Below are positions 8,128 through 20,353 of a stretch of 64,000 bases of DNA, in pieces (position 1 is the first letter of the stretch; the number at the start of each line of letters is the position of its first letter). The translations under genes and the position numbers were made by a program. The notes below the pieces were generated by a model that worked only from the letters and a program-made list of their open reading frames with translations, made no database searches and was not told where the DNA came from. Origin of the DNA: an uncultured delta proteobacterium (GTDB taxonomy: Bacteria; Desulfobacterota; Syntrophobacteria; BM002); assembly GCA_963712115.1 (NCBI GenBank), contig CAVQGX010000030.1, positions 128,001-192,000 of the forward strand, given 5' to 3'.

Positions 8128-10692
8128 ATGACGATGTCGAACTTGTATTTTTGCAAATATTTCCCTGAAACCGTTGAGGAGGATAACTTCCTCCTTCCTG
8201 ATGCCAAACCCCAGTGGAATCCCTCCAGAGACATAATACTAACCCATGTCTACTTGGATCTTGTTTTTCAATTGGAAGGGAAGAAGCTGGCGGGAAAAGC
8301 AAAGATCGCCTTTGCCTCCATCAAAAAGGAACTGAAGAGCATTTTTTTCGACTGTTGCGAATTAAAAATCGAGCGAGTAACCTCCGAAAGCGGACAAGTG
8401 CTGAAATTCAAGCAGAACGATCGAGGTGTAAAGATATATTTAGCTGAGTCTATGGGCCGCGACCAAAGTAGTACGATTAACCTTGATTATCAGGTGGAGG
8501 ACCCACGGTTAGGACTATATTTTACTGGACCAGATGAGCACTATCCCGACAAGCACTGGCAGGTTTGGAGCCAGGGTCAGGACGAGGACAACAAATACTG
8601 GTTTCCCTGCGTGGATCACCCCAGGGAAAAAGTCACCAGCGAGATTAGGGTGAAAGTAGACAAACCTTACGTAGTGGTCAGCAACGGTGTACTCAGGGAT
8701 CGATATGAAGATGGGGATGGTCGGTTGGTATATCACTGGTCAATGGAAAAACCGCACAGTATCTACCTCATTAGCCTGGCCATTGGGAGTTTTACCGAAT
8801 TATCGGATTGTTTCGAAGATATTCCTCTATCTTTTTATGTGCCCGAAGGCCGCGAAGAGCAAGGTCAGCGATCTTTCGAGAAGACAGCTGAGATCATGCA
8901 ATTCTTTTCAGAGAAGACCGGCATCCGTTACCCCTATCCACAGTATTCGCAGGTGATTGCTCAAGACTTCATCTTTGGAGGTATGGAGAATACCACCGCT
9001 ACTACCTTGACAGAAATGACTTTGCATGATGAGAGGGCTCATCTCGATTTCACCAGTGAACATCTGGTGGCGCACGAGTTAGCGCATCAATGGTTTGGGG
9101 ATCTGGTCACCTCCAAAAGCTGGAGTCACAGCTGGCTCCATGAGGGTTTCGCTACCTATTTTGACCTGCTCTACACCGAGCACGCTAAAGGAGAAGATGA
9201 ATTCTATTACCGCTTGCTCGAGAATCGGGAGACCTATTTCGAAGAGCACGATTCGAAGTATAAGCGATCTATCGTAACTAACGTCTACAGCCAACCCATT
9301 GATCTCTTTGATATGCACCTATACCCAGGTAGTGCAGCCCGACTTCATATGCTTAGACGACTCCTGGGGGAGGAGGAATGGTGGGAAATTATCAACCTTT
9401 TTCTTAAGAAACATAGGGATTCGGTAGTGGAGACAGTTGATTTCGCCCGCTGCATTGAGGAGGTTACCGGTGACAATTACGACTGGTTTTTAGACCAGTG
9501 GTTTTTTAGGCCAGGTTTTCCCTTGCTTGAATGTTCTTTCGAGTATCAGGACAAAGAAAAGACTTTGGTTTTCCATCTCAAACAGAATCAGGATGGTGAA
9601 AAGGAACAGCCACCGTTCCGCTTTCAGCTAATTGTTCGGCTGGCAGATGACAAGGGGGGAGGGGAGGATGTCCGGCTACAGATAGATGAACGGGAGCACC
9701 ATTTCTACATCCCTGCAGCTCAAGAACCTTTTATGGTTCTAGTTGACCCTGAGGATAGCGTTTTAAAAAGGTTGAAATGGAAAGCAGATAGCGGAAAACT
9801 ATGCAATCAACTGAAAAAAGCTAAGAATGTGTTAAAGCGCATTGAAGCGGCTGCTGAATTGGCAAAGGTGGGCAGTCGTGAGGCAGTGGCTGCTTTGGAA
9901 GAGTCGATGCACCAGGACCCGTTTTGGGGAGTGTCAGCACGTGCTGCTAAGGCACTGGGTGAAATTCGCACAGAGAAAGCTATGAAGGCTTTGATTGGCG
10001 GACTGAAAATCTCACACCCGAAAGCGCGTCGTGCTGTGGTAAAAGCTCTCGGAAATTTCAAGGAAGAGCAAGCTTTCAAAGCCCTAAAGCCTCTGGCGAA
10101 GAAAGACCCTTCTTATTTTGTTGAGGCTGAGGCGGTTTACGCCATCGCCCGCACTAGGATAGAGGGCGCATTTGGAGTGCTCGAGAGTGCCCTGGCGAAG
10201 GACTCTTTCAATGAAGTAATTCGGTGCAAAGCATTGGAGGGGTTTGCGGAACTGGATGATGACCAGGCCCTGCCCATACTTTATGAACACTCCCGTTATG
10301 GCAAAGCAGAAATGGTTCGAGCACAGGCCCTGCGAACACTGGGTATGATGGGGAAAAGTAGACCCAATAACAGGGAGATTTTAGAGAAGATAGGTGACGC
10401 TTTCCGGGCCCCAAGCGGTCCCAGGTCTTTTCGTGCTAAGTTGGCTGGTATCCAGGCCCTGGAATCGCTGAATCGGGAGGATGGAATTCCCATTCTAAAG
10501 AGGGTGGCCGAGGCAGAGTTGGATGGCCGCCTTGTGCGCAATGCCAGAATGGCCATAAGAAAGATCGAGAAAGGCAAGGACAAGGGTGAGGCTATTCAAA
10601 AGCTGGAAAAGAGGTTGGACGATTTTGCGGAGGAAAACAAAAAGCTGAAGGATCGCCTGGATAGACTTGAGATGCAAGCCAGTGAGGAGTAG
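8128..10692 (+). CDS. M1-family aminopeptidase (PepN-like) with C-terminal HEAT repeats and coiled coil
   Basis: GGMEN and HELAH-X18-E motifs; repeated ARAAKALG/RAVVKALG HEAT units; ATG after GGAG preferred over TTG at 8110. Confidence 0.92.
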   Translation: MTMSNLYFCKYFPETVEEDNFLLPDAKPQWNPSRDIILTHVYLDLVFQLEGKKLAGKAKIAFASIKKELKSIFFDCCELKIERVTSESGQVLKFKQNDRGVKIYLAESMGRDQSSTINLDYQVEDPRLGLYFTGPDEHYPDKHWQVWSQGQDEDNKYWFPCVDHPREKVTSEIRVKVDKPYVVVSNGVLRDRYEDGDGRLVYHWSMEKPHSIYLISLAIGSFTELSDCFEDIPLSFYVPEGREEQGQRSFEKTAEIMQFFSEKTGIRYPYPQYSQVIAQDFIFGGMENTTATTLTEMTLHDERAHLDFTSEHLVAHELAHQWFGDLVTSKSWSHSWLHEGFATYFDLLYTEHAKGEDEFYYRLLENRETYFEEHDSKYKRSIVTNVYSQPIDLFDMHLYPGSAARLHMLRRLLGEEEWWEIINLFLKKHRDSVVETVDFARCIEEVTGDNYDWFLDQWFFRPGFPLLECSFEYQDKEKTLVFHLKQNQDGEKEQPPFRFQLIVRLADDKGGGEDVRLQIDEREHHFYIPAAQEPFMVLVDPEDSVLKRLKWKADSGKLCNQLKKAKNVLKRIEAAAELAKVGSREAVAALEESMHQDPFWGVSARAAKALGEIRTEKAMKALIGGLKISHPKARRAVVKALGNFKEEQAFKALKPLAKKDPSYFVEAEAVYAIARTRIEGAFGVLESALAKDSFNEVIRCKALEGFAELDDDQALPILYEHSRYGKAEMVRAQALRTLGMMGKSRPNNREILEKIGDAFRAPSGPRSFRAKLAGIQALESLNREDGIPILKRVAEAELDGRLVRNARMAIRKIEKGKDKGEAIQKLEKRLDDFAEENKKLKDRLDRLEMQASEE

Positions 10693-10942
10693 GCAGAGGG
10701 CATAGGGCATGGGGATATGGGGCGAGACGAGAGGTCGGGGTGAAGAGAGTTCAGGTGATGGGTAACAGGCAGCAGGCAGTGTCGTTATCCGTTATTAGTT
10801 ATTTGTTATTCAGGAGAGCTGTCGCAATGAGCTGCCTTAACGATTTCAACGGCTTGAACGTCTTCAACGGTTTTAACGAATTGACTAGTCGACTAATTAA
10901 CTAATTAACGATTTAACGAGTTGACCAGAACCTGGAACTCAA
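10693..10942. repeat. Intergenic mosaic repeat
   Basis: GGGCATA, GCGAGAC, GGTGATG, GGCAGCA, GTTATT, AACGATTTC, ATTGACTA modules in order. Confidence 0.85.
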
Positions 10943-11052
10943 AGGTAAATTCGGATGTCTTGTAAAGTAAGTGACTAACCAAGCCTGCCCTTGAATAGTT
11001 GGGTGGTTTCTATTATGCTGAAAACAAATTGCTATTTAGGAGGCCTAAGCCA

Positions 11053-11841
11053 TTGACCGTCAATATAGAGATTCTCTCAGAAGTTGAACTCCATGAACCT
11101 CTTCTCCTTGCAGCGTGGCCAGGAATGGGACACGTTGCTCTGAAAGCCTTTGTTTTCTTGCACGAGGCACTTAAGGCCCAGAACTTGGCGTTTGTTGAAG
11201 AGGCTGAATTTTTTCGTATCCCCGGCATCTCAATCCAGGATGGGTTAGTTCAGTCCACTCTTTTGCCCAAAAGCGGCTTCTACTATTCGAGGCGGGACGG
11301 TAAGGCAAACGATCTCTTGTTTTTCGTGGGTGATCAACAGCCGGTAGGCGGAAAGGAGTACCATCTGGCCTCTGCACTGCTGAATTTTGCTGGCAGCCTA
11401 GGAGTTAAGAAGGTCATAACCGCTGCTGCTATGCCGACTGCCATTAACCACTATCAGCCTTCTCAGGTATGGGTCACTGCCACACACCATAACCTTCTTT
11501 CTGATCTATCACCCTATTGCGAAAAAGTGCTGCGGGAGGGACAAATCTCCGGAATGAACGGGCTGCTGCTAGGAGTCGCAAAACAGTTGGGGATGGAGGG
11601 GTTTTGCCTATTGGGAGAGATACCCTTTTATACTACTGAGATTGAAAACCCAAAAGCCTCAATGTCTGTACTGCGAGTGCTGGGTAAGATTTTAGGCTTG
11701 CGGTTAGACTTGAGGGAATTGGAAGAGCTCGCAGAAGAGACGGAGAAGGAAATAGATAACTATCTACTTGAGCTGCAGCAACGGGAACAAGAGGAAGACA
11801 AGCAAACCGAAGATCAGGAGGGACCGGTTACAGTTCATTGA
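11053..11841 (+). CDS. PAC2 (proteasome assembly chaperone 2) family protein
   Basis: AAWPGMGHVA, GDQQP, ISGMNGLLLG, CLLGE, PKAS; AGGAGG before TTG 11053 (ORF track starts 10999). Confidence 0.85.
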   Translation: MTVNIEILSEVELHEPLLLAAWPGMGHVALKAFVFLHEALKAQNLAFVEEAEFFRIPGISIQDGLVQSTLLPKSGFYYSRRDGKANDLLFFVGDQQPVGGKEYHLASALLNFAGSLGVKKVITAAAMPTAINHYQPSQVWVTATHHNLLSDLSPYCEKVLREGQISGMNGLLLGVAKQLGMEGFCLLGEIPFYTTEIENPKASMSVLRVLGKILGLRLDLRELEELAEETEKEIDNYLLELQQREQEEDKQTEDQEGPVTVH

Positions 11842-11988
11842 CGGTAAGCAGTAAGCAGTAAGCGGTGAGCAGAAGACAGAGATTAATATCAGAGAACTGA
11901 AGCAATACGTTAAGAAATACCCAAAGCTTAATCCGTGATTTGGCTTCTAATGCGCTTCAGTTCTTTTTTATTGTGTGGATGAAAGTCT

Positions 11989-12522
11989 ATGGTGCTTGAA
12001 GAAGAACAACAGGTTAGACTTTGGTTACAACTAGCCCATGAGGCTTACGGTGATCAGCAGGTACTGCGGGCCCTCCATTACTTCCACCGTGCTCTGGATT
12101 ATGCTCAAGAGAAAGGAATGAATGAGGAAACAGCCTCGGTGTGCCGGGACTTGGGATATGTTTACGCTCGAGAGGAGTCATTTGACAAGGCGCTCGCCTG
12201 CTTTGACCAGGGCTTGGCGATCACAGAGACCGAACTATCGATCCGAGCTGGGTTAATGGCCAACAAGGCGAGCGTGCTCGTCAGGTTAGGGGCATATCGC
12301 CCGGCATTAGAGCTGTTGGAAAAAAGTTCTGATTTGATTCGCACAGCACATAACGATTTTTCGAATGCGCCCGGAGAATTAGTTCACTCCTATGCTGCCA
12401 TGGTCAGAATGGCAGATGATCTGCGCAAGGTTGTTGACCTCCTCGACATGGGTGTTCGAGCGGATCGGATTCAGGTTGATATCAAACGGTATGAGCCACC
12501 GTGGTTTTCGGGTAAGCACTAA
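11989..12522 (+). CDS. Tetratricopeptide-repeat protein
   Basis: ALHYFHRAL, LGYVY..ALACFDQGL, ALELLEKS TPR-like helices. Confidence 0.8.
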   Translation: MVLEEEQQVRLWLQLAHEAYGDQQVLRALHYFHRALDYAQEKGMNEETASVCRDLGYVYAREESFDKALACFDQGLAITETELSIRAGLMANKASVLVRLGAYRPALELLEKSSDLIRTAHNDFSNAPGELVHSYAAMVRMADDLRKVVDLLDMGVRADRIQVDIKRYEPPWFSGKH

Positions 12523-12710
12523 GCAGAGGTCAGAGGTCGGAGATCAGAAGTCAGATTTCAGCTGGCAGCTCGCACCCGGCAGCTCGCAGGTTAGGTTAAT
12601 TAGAGAATTAGAGAATTGGGTAAGTCTCAGAAAACGTTACAGTTCACCGTTTACCTTTTACCATTCACTTAAACTAATCAACCAATCAACTAATTGACTA
12701 TTTAACTAAC
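12523..12710. repeat. Intergenic mosaic repeat
   Basis: CAGAGGT, GGCAGCT, AATTAGAG, CCGTTTA, AATCAACT/ATTGACTA. Confidence 0.85.
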
Positions 12711-12720
12711 CGAAGAACAA

Positions 12721-13773
12721 ATGAAAAAAACCGCTCCAAGTAAAAAAACCTGCAACCTGATGCAGCAGGGCTATCGTCCAGGGAGTTGCCTTGTGGCGAC
12801 AGGAAACAAACGCCAGTTGGCCTGTGAGGCAACCCTGCGTCTACAGGAAGGTGAGTGGCAGCGTCTAATCACCAGCATGCATCTTTCCAGACCCGAAAAT
12901 TATTTCTCCATCTATCAATCAGGATGCAACCTTTCCTGTAGAAAGTGTCATTCCTGGTATTTCAGTAAAGAGGCAACAGGGGAGTGGCTCAGCCCCCATG
13001 ATATTTTTCTAAATGTAAAGAACTACGAGATGCAGGTAACACTCGTGGAGCCGAGGGAACGCTGTACAGCTTGGCATGCACACGAATCTTGCCACTGTTG
13101 CGGTTCCTGTGTTCTGACTGGTGAGAGGTCCCCTCGCTGTCCCGGGGTTTTAGAGCCTCAAGACATTAACATAAGTCCCCAGGGTTTTGGTCCGGCAAGA
13201 AATATCGTTGGTTTCACCGGTGGAGACCTCACCTGTCGCCCAGATTTTTACTCCCAGTGCGCTCAGCTTATCAAGGAAAATACCAACCTTTGGGTCCTTA
13301 TAGAAACGAACGGGTATGGATTGACTCCCGAGAATTTGGACATGCTGAGAGAGAGTGGTACTGACGGCTTCTGGCTCGACATCAAGGCCGAAAATTCAGA
13401 CCGACATCAGTGGCTAACAGGCTGCGACAACCAATGGATTCTACAACTGCCAGAGGAGATGCTTAAGAGGAATTTCGTTGTTGAAGTACTCTCCCTCTAT
13501 ATACCTGAGGTGGTGGAAGCTGAAGAGTTGGGAAGGATTGCCAGCCGTTTGGCCGCTGTTGATCCAACTATTCCTTTCACCATTCTGGCATTTTTTCCTC
13601 AATACAAGATGAAGGATGCACGAACTCCAACTGTTGAGGACATAGTCCGAGCTTACGAGAATGCTAAAGCTGCTGGACTCACAAGCATTAGGCTTGGTAA
13701 TTTGGGTGTGTTTGCTAAGACTGTGGAGGACTACCGTTATCTGGAAGAATATGTGGACAGTGATGCCTATTAA
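12721..13773 (+). CDS. Radical SAM protein (PFL-activase-like fold) with extra Cys cluster
   Basis: CNLSCRKC, FTGGD, ETNG, DIKA; additional CHCCGSC...C. Confidence 0.88.
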   Translation: MKKTAPSKKTCNLMQQGYRPGSCLVATGNKRQLACEATLRLQEGEWQRLITSMHLSRPENYFSIYQSGCNLSCRKCHSWYFSKEATGEWLSPHDIFLNVKNYEMQVTLVEPRERCTAWHAHESCHCCGSCVLTGERSPRCPGVLEPQDINISPQGFGPARNIVGFTGGDLTCRPDFYSQCAQLIKENTNLWVLIETNGYGLTPENLDMLRESGTDGFWLDIKAENSDRHQWLTGCDNQWILQLPEEMLKRNFVVEVLSLYIPEVVEAEELGRIASRLAAVDPTIPFTILAFFPQYKMKDARTPTVEDIVRAYENAKAAGLTSIRLGNLGVFAKTVEDYRYLEEYVDSDAY

Positions 13774-13774
13774 A

Positions 13775-14016
13775 CGCATAGCGCAAAGCGCATAGCGTCT
13801 CCATAGGTGATGGGGAATAGTTCACAGGTAATAGGTAATGAGTGATGGGTGAGAGGTCAGAGGACAGAATTTCGAATTTGGGATTGCGGATTTCGAAATG
13901 TTTGAAGGTCTCTACGATTCCTACGACTTCTGCGATTTGAACGAGATACTGCTGACCGCTTACTGCTTACCGCTTAAGAAGAGAATTGACTAATCAACTA
14001 ATCGACGAATTGACTA
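13775..14016. repeat. Intergenic mosaic repeat
   Basis: AGCGCAT, GGTGATG, CAGAGG, TTTCGAA/TTGCGGA, TACGACTTC, CCGCTTA, ATTGACTA. Confidence 0.85.
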
Positions 14017-14102
14017 AAGCTGATAGGTTTGAAAAACATCTTGCGTCGATACGAAAATCTCGTTTAGAATTAAAGGCTAGTTAACAAATAGGGAGAAGAA
14101 GA

Positions 14103-14378
14103 ATGGGAAATTGGACAGTCAAGAAGGTGCCCATCACAGCTGACAGTGGAGATGTGGAGGAGCGTGAGGGTATAATTGAGGGTCAGGGCTCAGTCATGCT
14201 AGACGATTGTCCCTTCAAGCAAGAAGTTACAGATGCAACAGGGAAGGTGATCAAAGTTGAGTGCGCCGATGACACTGGAGTCAGAAAATGTGAACCTGAT
14301 GCGGAAGATTGTAAACTCCAACAGTGGATGGATTCGGTTAAAGCATTTATACGTCAAATCGATGTCGACGCCCTGTGA
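14103..14378 (+). CDS. Small acidic hypothetical protein with 4 Cys
   Basis: 91 aa, GGGAG upstream, TTGCGT-N18-TAGAAT at 14041-14070, GC hairpin plus T-run at about 14419-14455. Confidence 0.7.
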   Translation: MGNWTVKKVPITADSGDVEEREGIIEGQGSVMLDDCPFKQEVTDATGKVIKVECADDTGVRKCEPDAEDCKLQQWMDSVKAFIRQIDVDAL

Positions 14379-14459
14379 AATTTGTGCCACTGCCCAACGG
14401 GGCATTAGTTTAGAAAGGAACGCGGGTCAGGAGTGTATCTCTCCCCCGCGTTTTTGGTC

Positions 14460-14850
14460 TCGAGCGCAAGGCGCATGGGCACTTCGCGCGGCAAGGCGGG
14501 AGGTCGGGATTAGCTGGAAAGGCGAAAAAGGGTTATCAGGTTATAGGTGACGGGTGAGAGGTCAGAGATCAGATGTCGGAGGTCAGAAGACAGACGACAG
14601 ATTTCAGCAGGCAGCAGCAGCAGGCAGAAGTCAGAGGACGGAGGTCTGAAGTCACTAGGACAGTTGTTCATAGTTCAGAGCGTTCAAAGTTTAAAGTTAG
14701 AACGAATTATAGGCTGATCTTTTGGGAAGTAACGTATAACAAATAACGAATAACATTTCGTGCGGTTTACCGTTTACCGTTCACGGTTTTACGACTTGAG
14801 CGACTTTAACGATTTCAACGATTTTAACGGTTTAACCGTTGACGGTTTGC
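14460..14850. repeat. Long intergenic mosaic repeat
   Basis: At least nine repeat families in succession. Confidence 0.85.
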
Positions 14851-14910
14851 TTTGCACCTTTTAAATTCAAACTATCGCCTCAAAGACTTGCACAAGTAGA
14901 GAAACCTTAA

Positions 14911-15984
14911 ATGAGAATCATACGGAGAGAAACGCATAAAATTCATGTTGGGAACGTTGCTGTTGGCGGCGATGCCCCAGTAGTAGTACAGTCCATGTGC
15001 AGTACTGACACTCGAGATATCCGCGCCTCCTTGCAGCAGATTAGCCGTCTGGCTGAGGTGGGTTGTGAACTTATTCGACTCGCCGTACTGGATGATAAGG
15101 CAGTAGAGGCCTTAAAAATCATTAAAGAGGAAGCTCCCATACCCCTCATCGCTGATATTCATTTTGATCATCGCCTCGCTCTAGGTGCACTAAAGGCGGG
15201 TGTGGATGGTTTGCGGATCAACCCCGGAAACATCGGCGGTGACAAAGCTGTGGCCAAAGTGGTACGGGCAGCCGCTGAGCGGAGGGTTCCCATTCGCATT
15301 GGGGTGAACTCCGGGTCTTTGGATAAGGACCTGCACCAGCGCTACGGCGGTGCCACCCCAGAGGCCATGGTGGAAAGTGCTCTTCGCCAGATACAATTAC
15401 TGGAATCCCTACAATTTCATGAGATCAAAATCTCCTTGAAGTCATCCGATGTTATGACCATGGTGGATTCTTACCGCCTCCTTGCTGACAAGGTTGCTTA
15501 CCCTCTGCATTTGGGTGTAACTGAAGCGGGGACTTTGATCAGTGGCACGGCGAAGTCAGCAATTGGCATTGGCCTGTTGCTGGCTGAGGGTATTGGTGAC
15601 ACTATTCGGGTATCGCTTACCAGTGACCCCATCGACGAGATAAAGGCCGCCTATGAAATCCTCAGGGCACTGAAGCTGCGGGAGAGAGGAGTAGAAGTAA
15701 TTTCCTGCCCCACCTGCGGTCGCTGCGAGATAGACATTATAGGTCTGACCCACGAAGTAGAGAAGCGGCTGTTAACGGTCAAAACCCCACTAAAGGTAGC
15801 TATCATGGGATGTGTGGTCAATGGACCGGGAGAGGCGAAGGAGGCAGATGTGGGCATTGCAGGTGGACGAGGCCAGGGAATTCTTTTCAAGAAAGGGGAG
15901 ATAGTCGAGAAGCTAGCTGAAGACGAGTTGATGCCCAGGCTTCTCAAGGAAATTTCGTCAATGGTTGATGAGGAGATTCTCTAG
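14911..15984 (+). CDS. ispG: HMBPP synthase
   Basis: VQSM, ADIHF, RINPGN, RIGVNSGS, CPTCGR, MGCVVNGPGE. Confidence 0.98.
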   Translation: MRIIRRETHKIHVGNVAVGGDAPVVVQSMCSTDTRDIRASLQQISRLAEVGCELIRLAVLDDKAVEALKIIKEEAPIPLIADIHFDHRLALGALKAGVDGLRINPGNIGGDKAVAKVVRAAAERRVPIRIGVNSGSLDKDLHQRYGGATPEAMVESALRQIQLLESLQFHEIKISLKSSDVMTMVDSYRLLADKVAYPLHLGVTEAGTLISGTAKSAIGIGLLLAEGIGDTIRVSLTSDPIDEIKAAYEILRALKLRERGVEVISCPTCGRCEIDIIGLTHEVEKRLLTVKTPLKVAIMGCVVNGPGEAKEADVGIAGGRGQGILFKKGEIVEKLAEDELMPRLLKEISSMVDEEIL

Positions 15985-16012
15985 CGCTGCGCGCAGACGA
16001 CATCAAGTAAAA

Positions 16013-16140
16013 ATCAGAGGTCAGAGATCAGATGTCGGAGGTCAGAAATCAGATGCTGGAGGTTAGGGCTAAAGCTGATTTCTGATCTCCGACTTCTGAC
16101 CTCTGTGATGGACGATTTCAACGATTTCAACGGTTTAACT
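16013..16140. repeat. CAGAGGT/CTGACCT heptamer inverted pair plus AACGATTTC nonamers
   Basis: 47-nt block 16068-16114 matches reverse complement of 50282-50328 with one mismatch. Confidence 0.9.
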
Positions 16141-16181
16141 TTAGTTGATCTATTTTACACCATGCGGCATGGGGGAGGTAA

Positions 16182-17621
<1,440 letters not shown>

Positions 17622-17749
17622 CTGGCGAGACGCGCGAGACGCGCGAGACGTGAAAGAGCTGGAGTACTGGAGTTCTTTTACACTCGACCTCCAGTCTCGC
17701 CCGACCTCCCGTCTCGCTGTTTATGCGCCTCGCGCATAAAGAATTCGTT

Positions 17750-19906
17750 ATGATTCGTCTCAACGATATAGTCGATCAAGTCCTCTCCTATCACCCCGAA
17801 GCTGACGTCAGTCTGATCGAAAAAGCATACGTTTACTCAGCTAAGGTACATGCAGGACAGGTGCGACTATCGGGTGAGCCCTACCTTATGCATCCCCTAG
17901 GGGTGGCCGACATCCTGGCGAGGATGAGACTCGACGTTTTCAGCATAGCCTCTGGTCTTCTCCACGATACTCTAGAAGATACCGACACTAAACTGGATGA
18001 CTTGAAGCGTCTTTTTGGCACCGAAGTCACTCAAATAGTCGATGGCGTGACCAAGATCGGTAGATTTGAGTTTAGCAGTCACGAGGAGCGCCAGGCTGAA
18101 AACATGCGCAAGATGATCTTGGCCATGGCCGATGACATTAGAGTAGTTCTGATCAAATTGGCAGACAGGCTTCACAACATGCGTACCCTAAATTATCACG
18201 TTGTGGGGAAACAGCGGCTCATAGCCCGGGAGACGATGGATATTTATGCTCCCCTGGCAGGAAGGTTAGGCATTGACTGGATCAAGACCGAGTTGGAGGA
18301 CCTTTCTTTCTCCTACCTAGACTCTGATGTTTATGAGGAGATTGTCAGCGGTTTGAAGAGAAACGAAGGAGAGCGTGAACGCTATATCAAAGAAGTCAAG
18401 GATGTTATCGAGGAGAAATTAGCAGAACTAGACCTGAAGGGGAAGGTAAGCGGTCGACCGAAACACATCTACTCCATCTACAAAAAAATGATCGTCCAGA
18501 ACCTGGACTTAGAGCACATTTATGACATCATAGCCTTCCGGATTATCCTAAACAGCATTCGCGAATGCTATGAGGCTTTGGGGGTGATTCATTCCTCGTG
18601 GAAACCTATCCCGGGCCGTTTCAAAGACTACATTGGCATGCCCAAGGCCAACATGTACCAATCCTTGCACACCACGGTAATTGGACCCTACGGCGAAAGG
18701 GTCGAGATTCAGATTCGCACAGAGGAGATGCATCGCATCGCCAATGAAGGGATTGCGGCACACTGGGTGTACAAAGAAGGAAGGAGTGTTCCAGAAAGCG
18801 ACAGCAAGCGTTTCACCTGGCTTCGCGAACTGCTGGAATGGCAACAAGACCTCAAGGACCCGAGAGAATTTCTCGAAACGGTTCGAGTGGATCTTTTCCC
18901 CGATGATGTCTACGTATTTACCCCAAACGGGGATGTAAGGGCTTTTCCACGAGGCTCCACACCGATAGATTTTGCCTACAGCGTTCATACCGAAGTAGGG
19001 AATCAATGCACCGGAGCGAAAGTTAATGGGAAGTTGGTGCCACTCAAGTACGAGTTGAAGAACGGTGACATCGTCGAGATTATCACCTCTTCCAAGCACG
19101 TGCCCAGTAAAGACTGGCTCAAGATAGTAAAAACCTCCAGAGCCCGGACGCGCATTCGTTACTGGATCAAGACCGAGGAGAGAGAAAGGAGCATTACTCT
19201 CGGCCGGGAAATCTGCGAACGTGAATTTCGCAAACATGGTAAGAATTTCACCAAATACCTCAATTCTGACGAATTTCTCCAAGTAGCCAAATCGTTCTCT
19301 CTCCAGAAGGTGGAAGACCTACTCGCCAGTATCGGCTACGGGAAGATCTCCGCCTTGCAAGCTATTGGCAAACTAACGAGTTTGATAGAGCCGGAGGAAA
19401 AACCGGACGAACTCTTAATAGAGCGACCGGAGCGCAAAGAACGGCCCTTGCACCGAGGCGGAGTTTTGGTGAAAGGGGTGGATGACATCTTGGTGCGGTT
19501 CGCCAAGTGCTGCAACCCCCTGCCCGGTGAGCAGATTGCCGGCTTTATCACTCGGGGAAGGGGCGTGTCGGTTCACCGGGCGGACTGCCCGAGCTTGCTC
19601 AGCAGTGGCTTTGAGCGGCGAATCGAGGTGGACTGGGACAGAGACGCCGAAGAGGTCCATCCTGTAGGGTTAGCCGTGATTTGTGCCAACGTTAAAGGCA
19701 TGCTGGCCGCCATCAGCGGCGCATTGAGTAATCATGATATCAATATTTTACAGGCCAACGTTCGCACCCGAGTCGACAATCGAGCAGAATGTAAGTTTGT
19801 TGTAGAAGTCAGGGACACCGACCATTTGTTGGGTGCAATGGCGGCGGTGCGGAAGATCAAAAATGTAATCGACGTGCAGAGGTCTTCTGTTTTGGATGTT
19901 CAGTAA
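17750..19906 (+). CDS. relA: Bifunctional (p)ppGpp synthetase/hydrolase RelA/SpoT
   Basis: HD domain (LLHDTLEDT), YQSLHT, EIQIRT, TGS, AKCCNP and ACT domains. Confidence 0.96.
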   Translation: MIRLNDIVDQVLSYHPEADVSLIEKAYVYSAKVHAGQVRLSGEPYLMHPLGVADILARMRLDVFSIASGLLHDTLEDTDTKLDDLKRLFGTEVTQIVDGVTKIGRFEFSSHEERQAENMRKMILAMADDIRVVLIKLADRLHNMRTLNYHVVGKQRLIARETMDIYAPLAGRLGIDWIKTELEDLSFSYLDSDVYEEIVSGLKRNEGERERYIKEVKDVIEEKLAELDLKGKVSGRPKHIYSIYKKMIVQNLDLEHIYDIIAFRIILNSIRECYEALGVIHSSWKPIPGRFKDYIGMPKANMYQSLHTTVIGPYGERVEIQIRTEEMHRIANEGIAAHWVYKEGRSVPESDSKRFTWLRELLEWQQDLKDPREFLETVRVDLFPDDVYVFTPNGDVRAFPRGSTPIDFAYSVHTEVGNQCTGAKVNGKLVPLKYELKNGDIVEIITSSKHVPSKDWLKIVKTSRARTRIRYWIKTEERERSITLGREICEREFRKHGKNFTKYLNSDEFLQVAKSFSLQKVEDLLASIGYGKISALQAIGKLTSLIEPEEKPDELLIERPERKERPLHRGGVLVKGVDDILVRFAKCCNPLPGEQIAGFITRGRGVSVHRADCPSLLSSGFERRIEVDWDRDAEEVHPVGLAVICANVKGMLAAISGALSNHDINILQANVRTRVDNRAECKFVVEVRDTDHLLGAMAAVRKIKNVIDVQRSSVLDVQ

Positions 19907-19966
19907 TCGGGAGTGATTGCTTAGTTCTGGAGGTATTCCATAATTCCGACTTTGAGCGGAGCAAAT

Positions 19967-20158
19967 CTAGGCAGGTTTAAGCACCTTGCCCGACCTTAGA
20001 CAACGCGTACAGATTTTAATGTAGCGGACAACGCCGTTCTGTACTGAACGAACCCGCTGTAAATTGGGATACCATCGCCTTTTGGTTTTGTTATTAGCGT
20101 GACTGACATTGTGCCCCGTTTGAGGGCCTTTCCCGCATATCTGGCAAACCTTGGACAT
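19967..20158 (-). CDS. rpmB: 50S ribosomal protein L28 (Zn-ribbon form)
   Basis: [29 protein letters not shown]. Confidence 0.97.
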   Translation of the reverse strand: MSKVCQICGKGPQTGHNVSHANNKTKRRWYPNLQRVRSVQNGVVRYIKICTRCLRSGKVLKPA

Positions 20159-20353
20159 TATTTCATACCTCCAATCGGAGTGGCTAATCTCAAATTCTGC
20201 CTAATATTGCTAAGTCGACAAATAAGCCTAGCACATTTCCCAGTGCACAACAATCGAGCTTTTTAACACGGCCAGTCCAATTTGACAAGACAAAAAAGTA
20301 AATTCTCATATTGGCTTGGCACAATATAAAATTGATGGATGTGCCATATGAGA

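Noticed and set aside
14376-14408. Sec read-through of the TGA ending the 91-aa ORF
   Set aside because: It would add only about 10 residues, with no recognisable redox motif or homology argument
18548-19282. Long antisense ORFs (also 39288-39866 and 46815-47519)
   Set aside because: They lie fully opposite relA, cysS and gltX; codon-bias shadows
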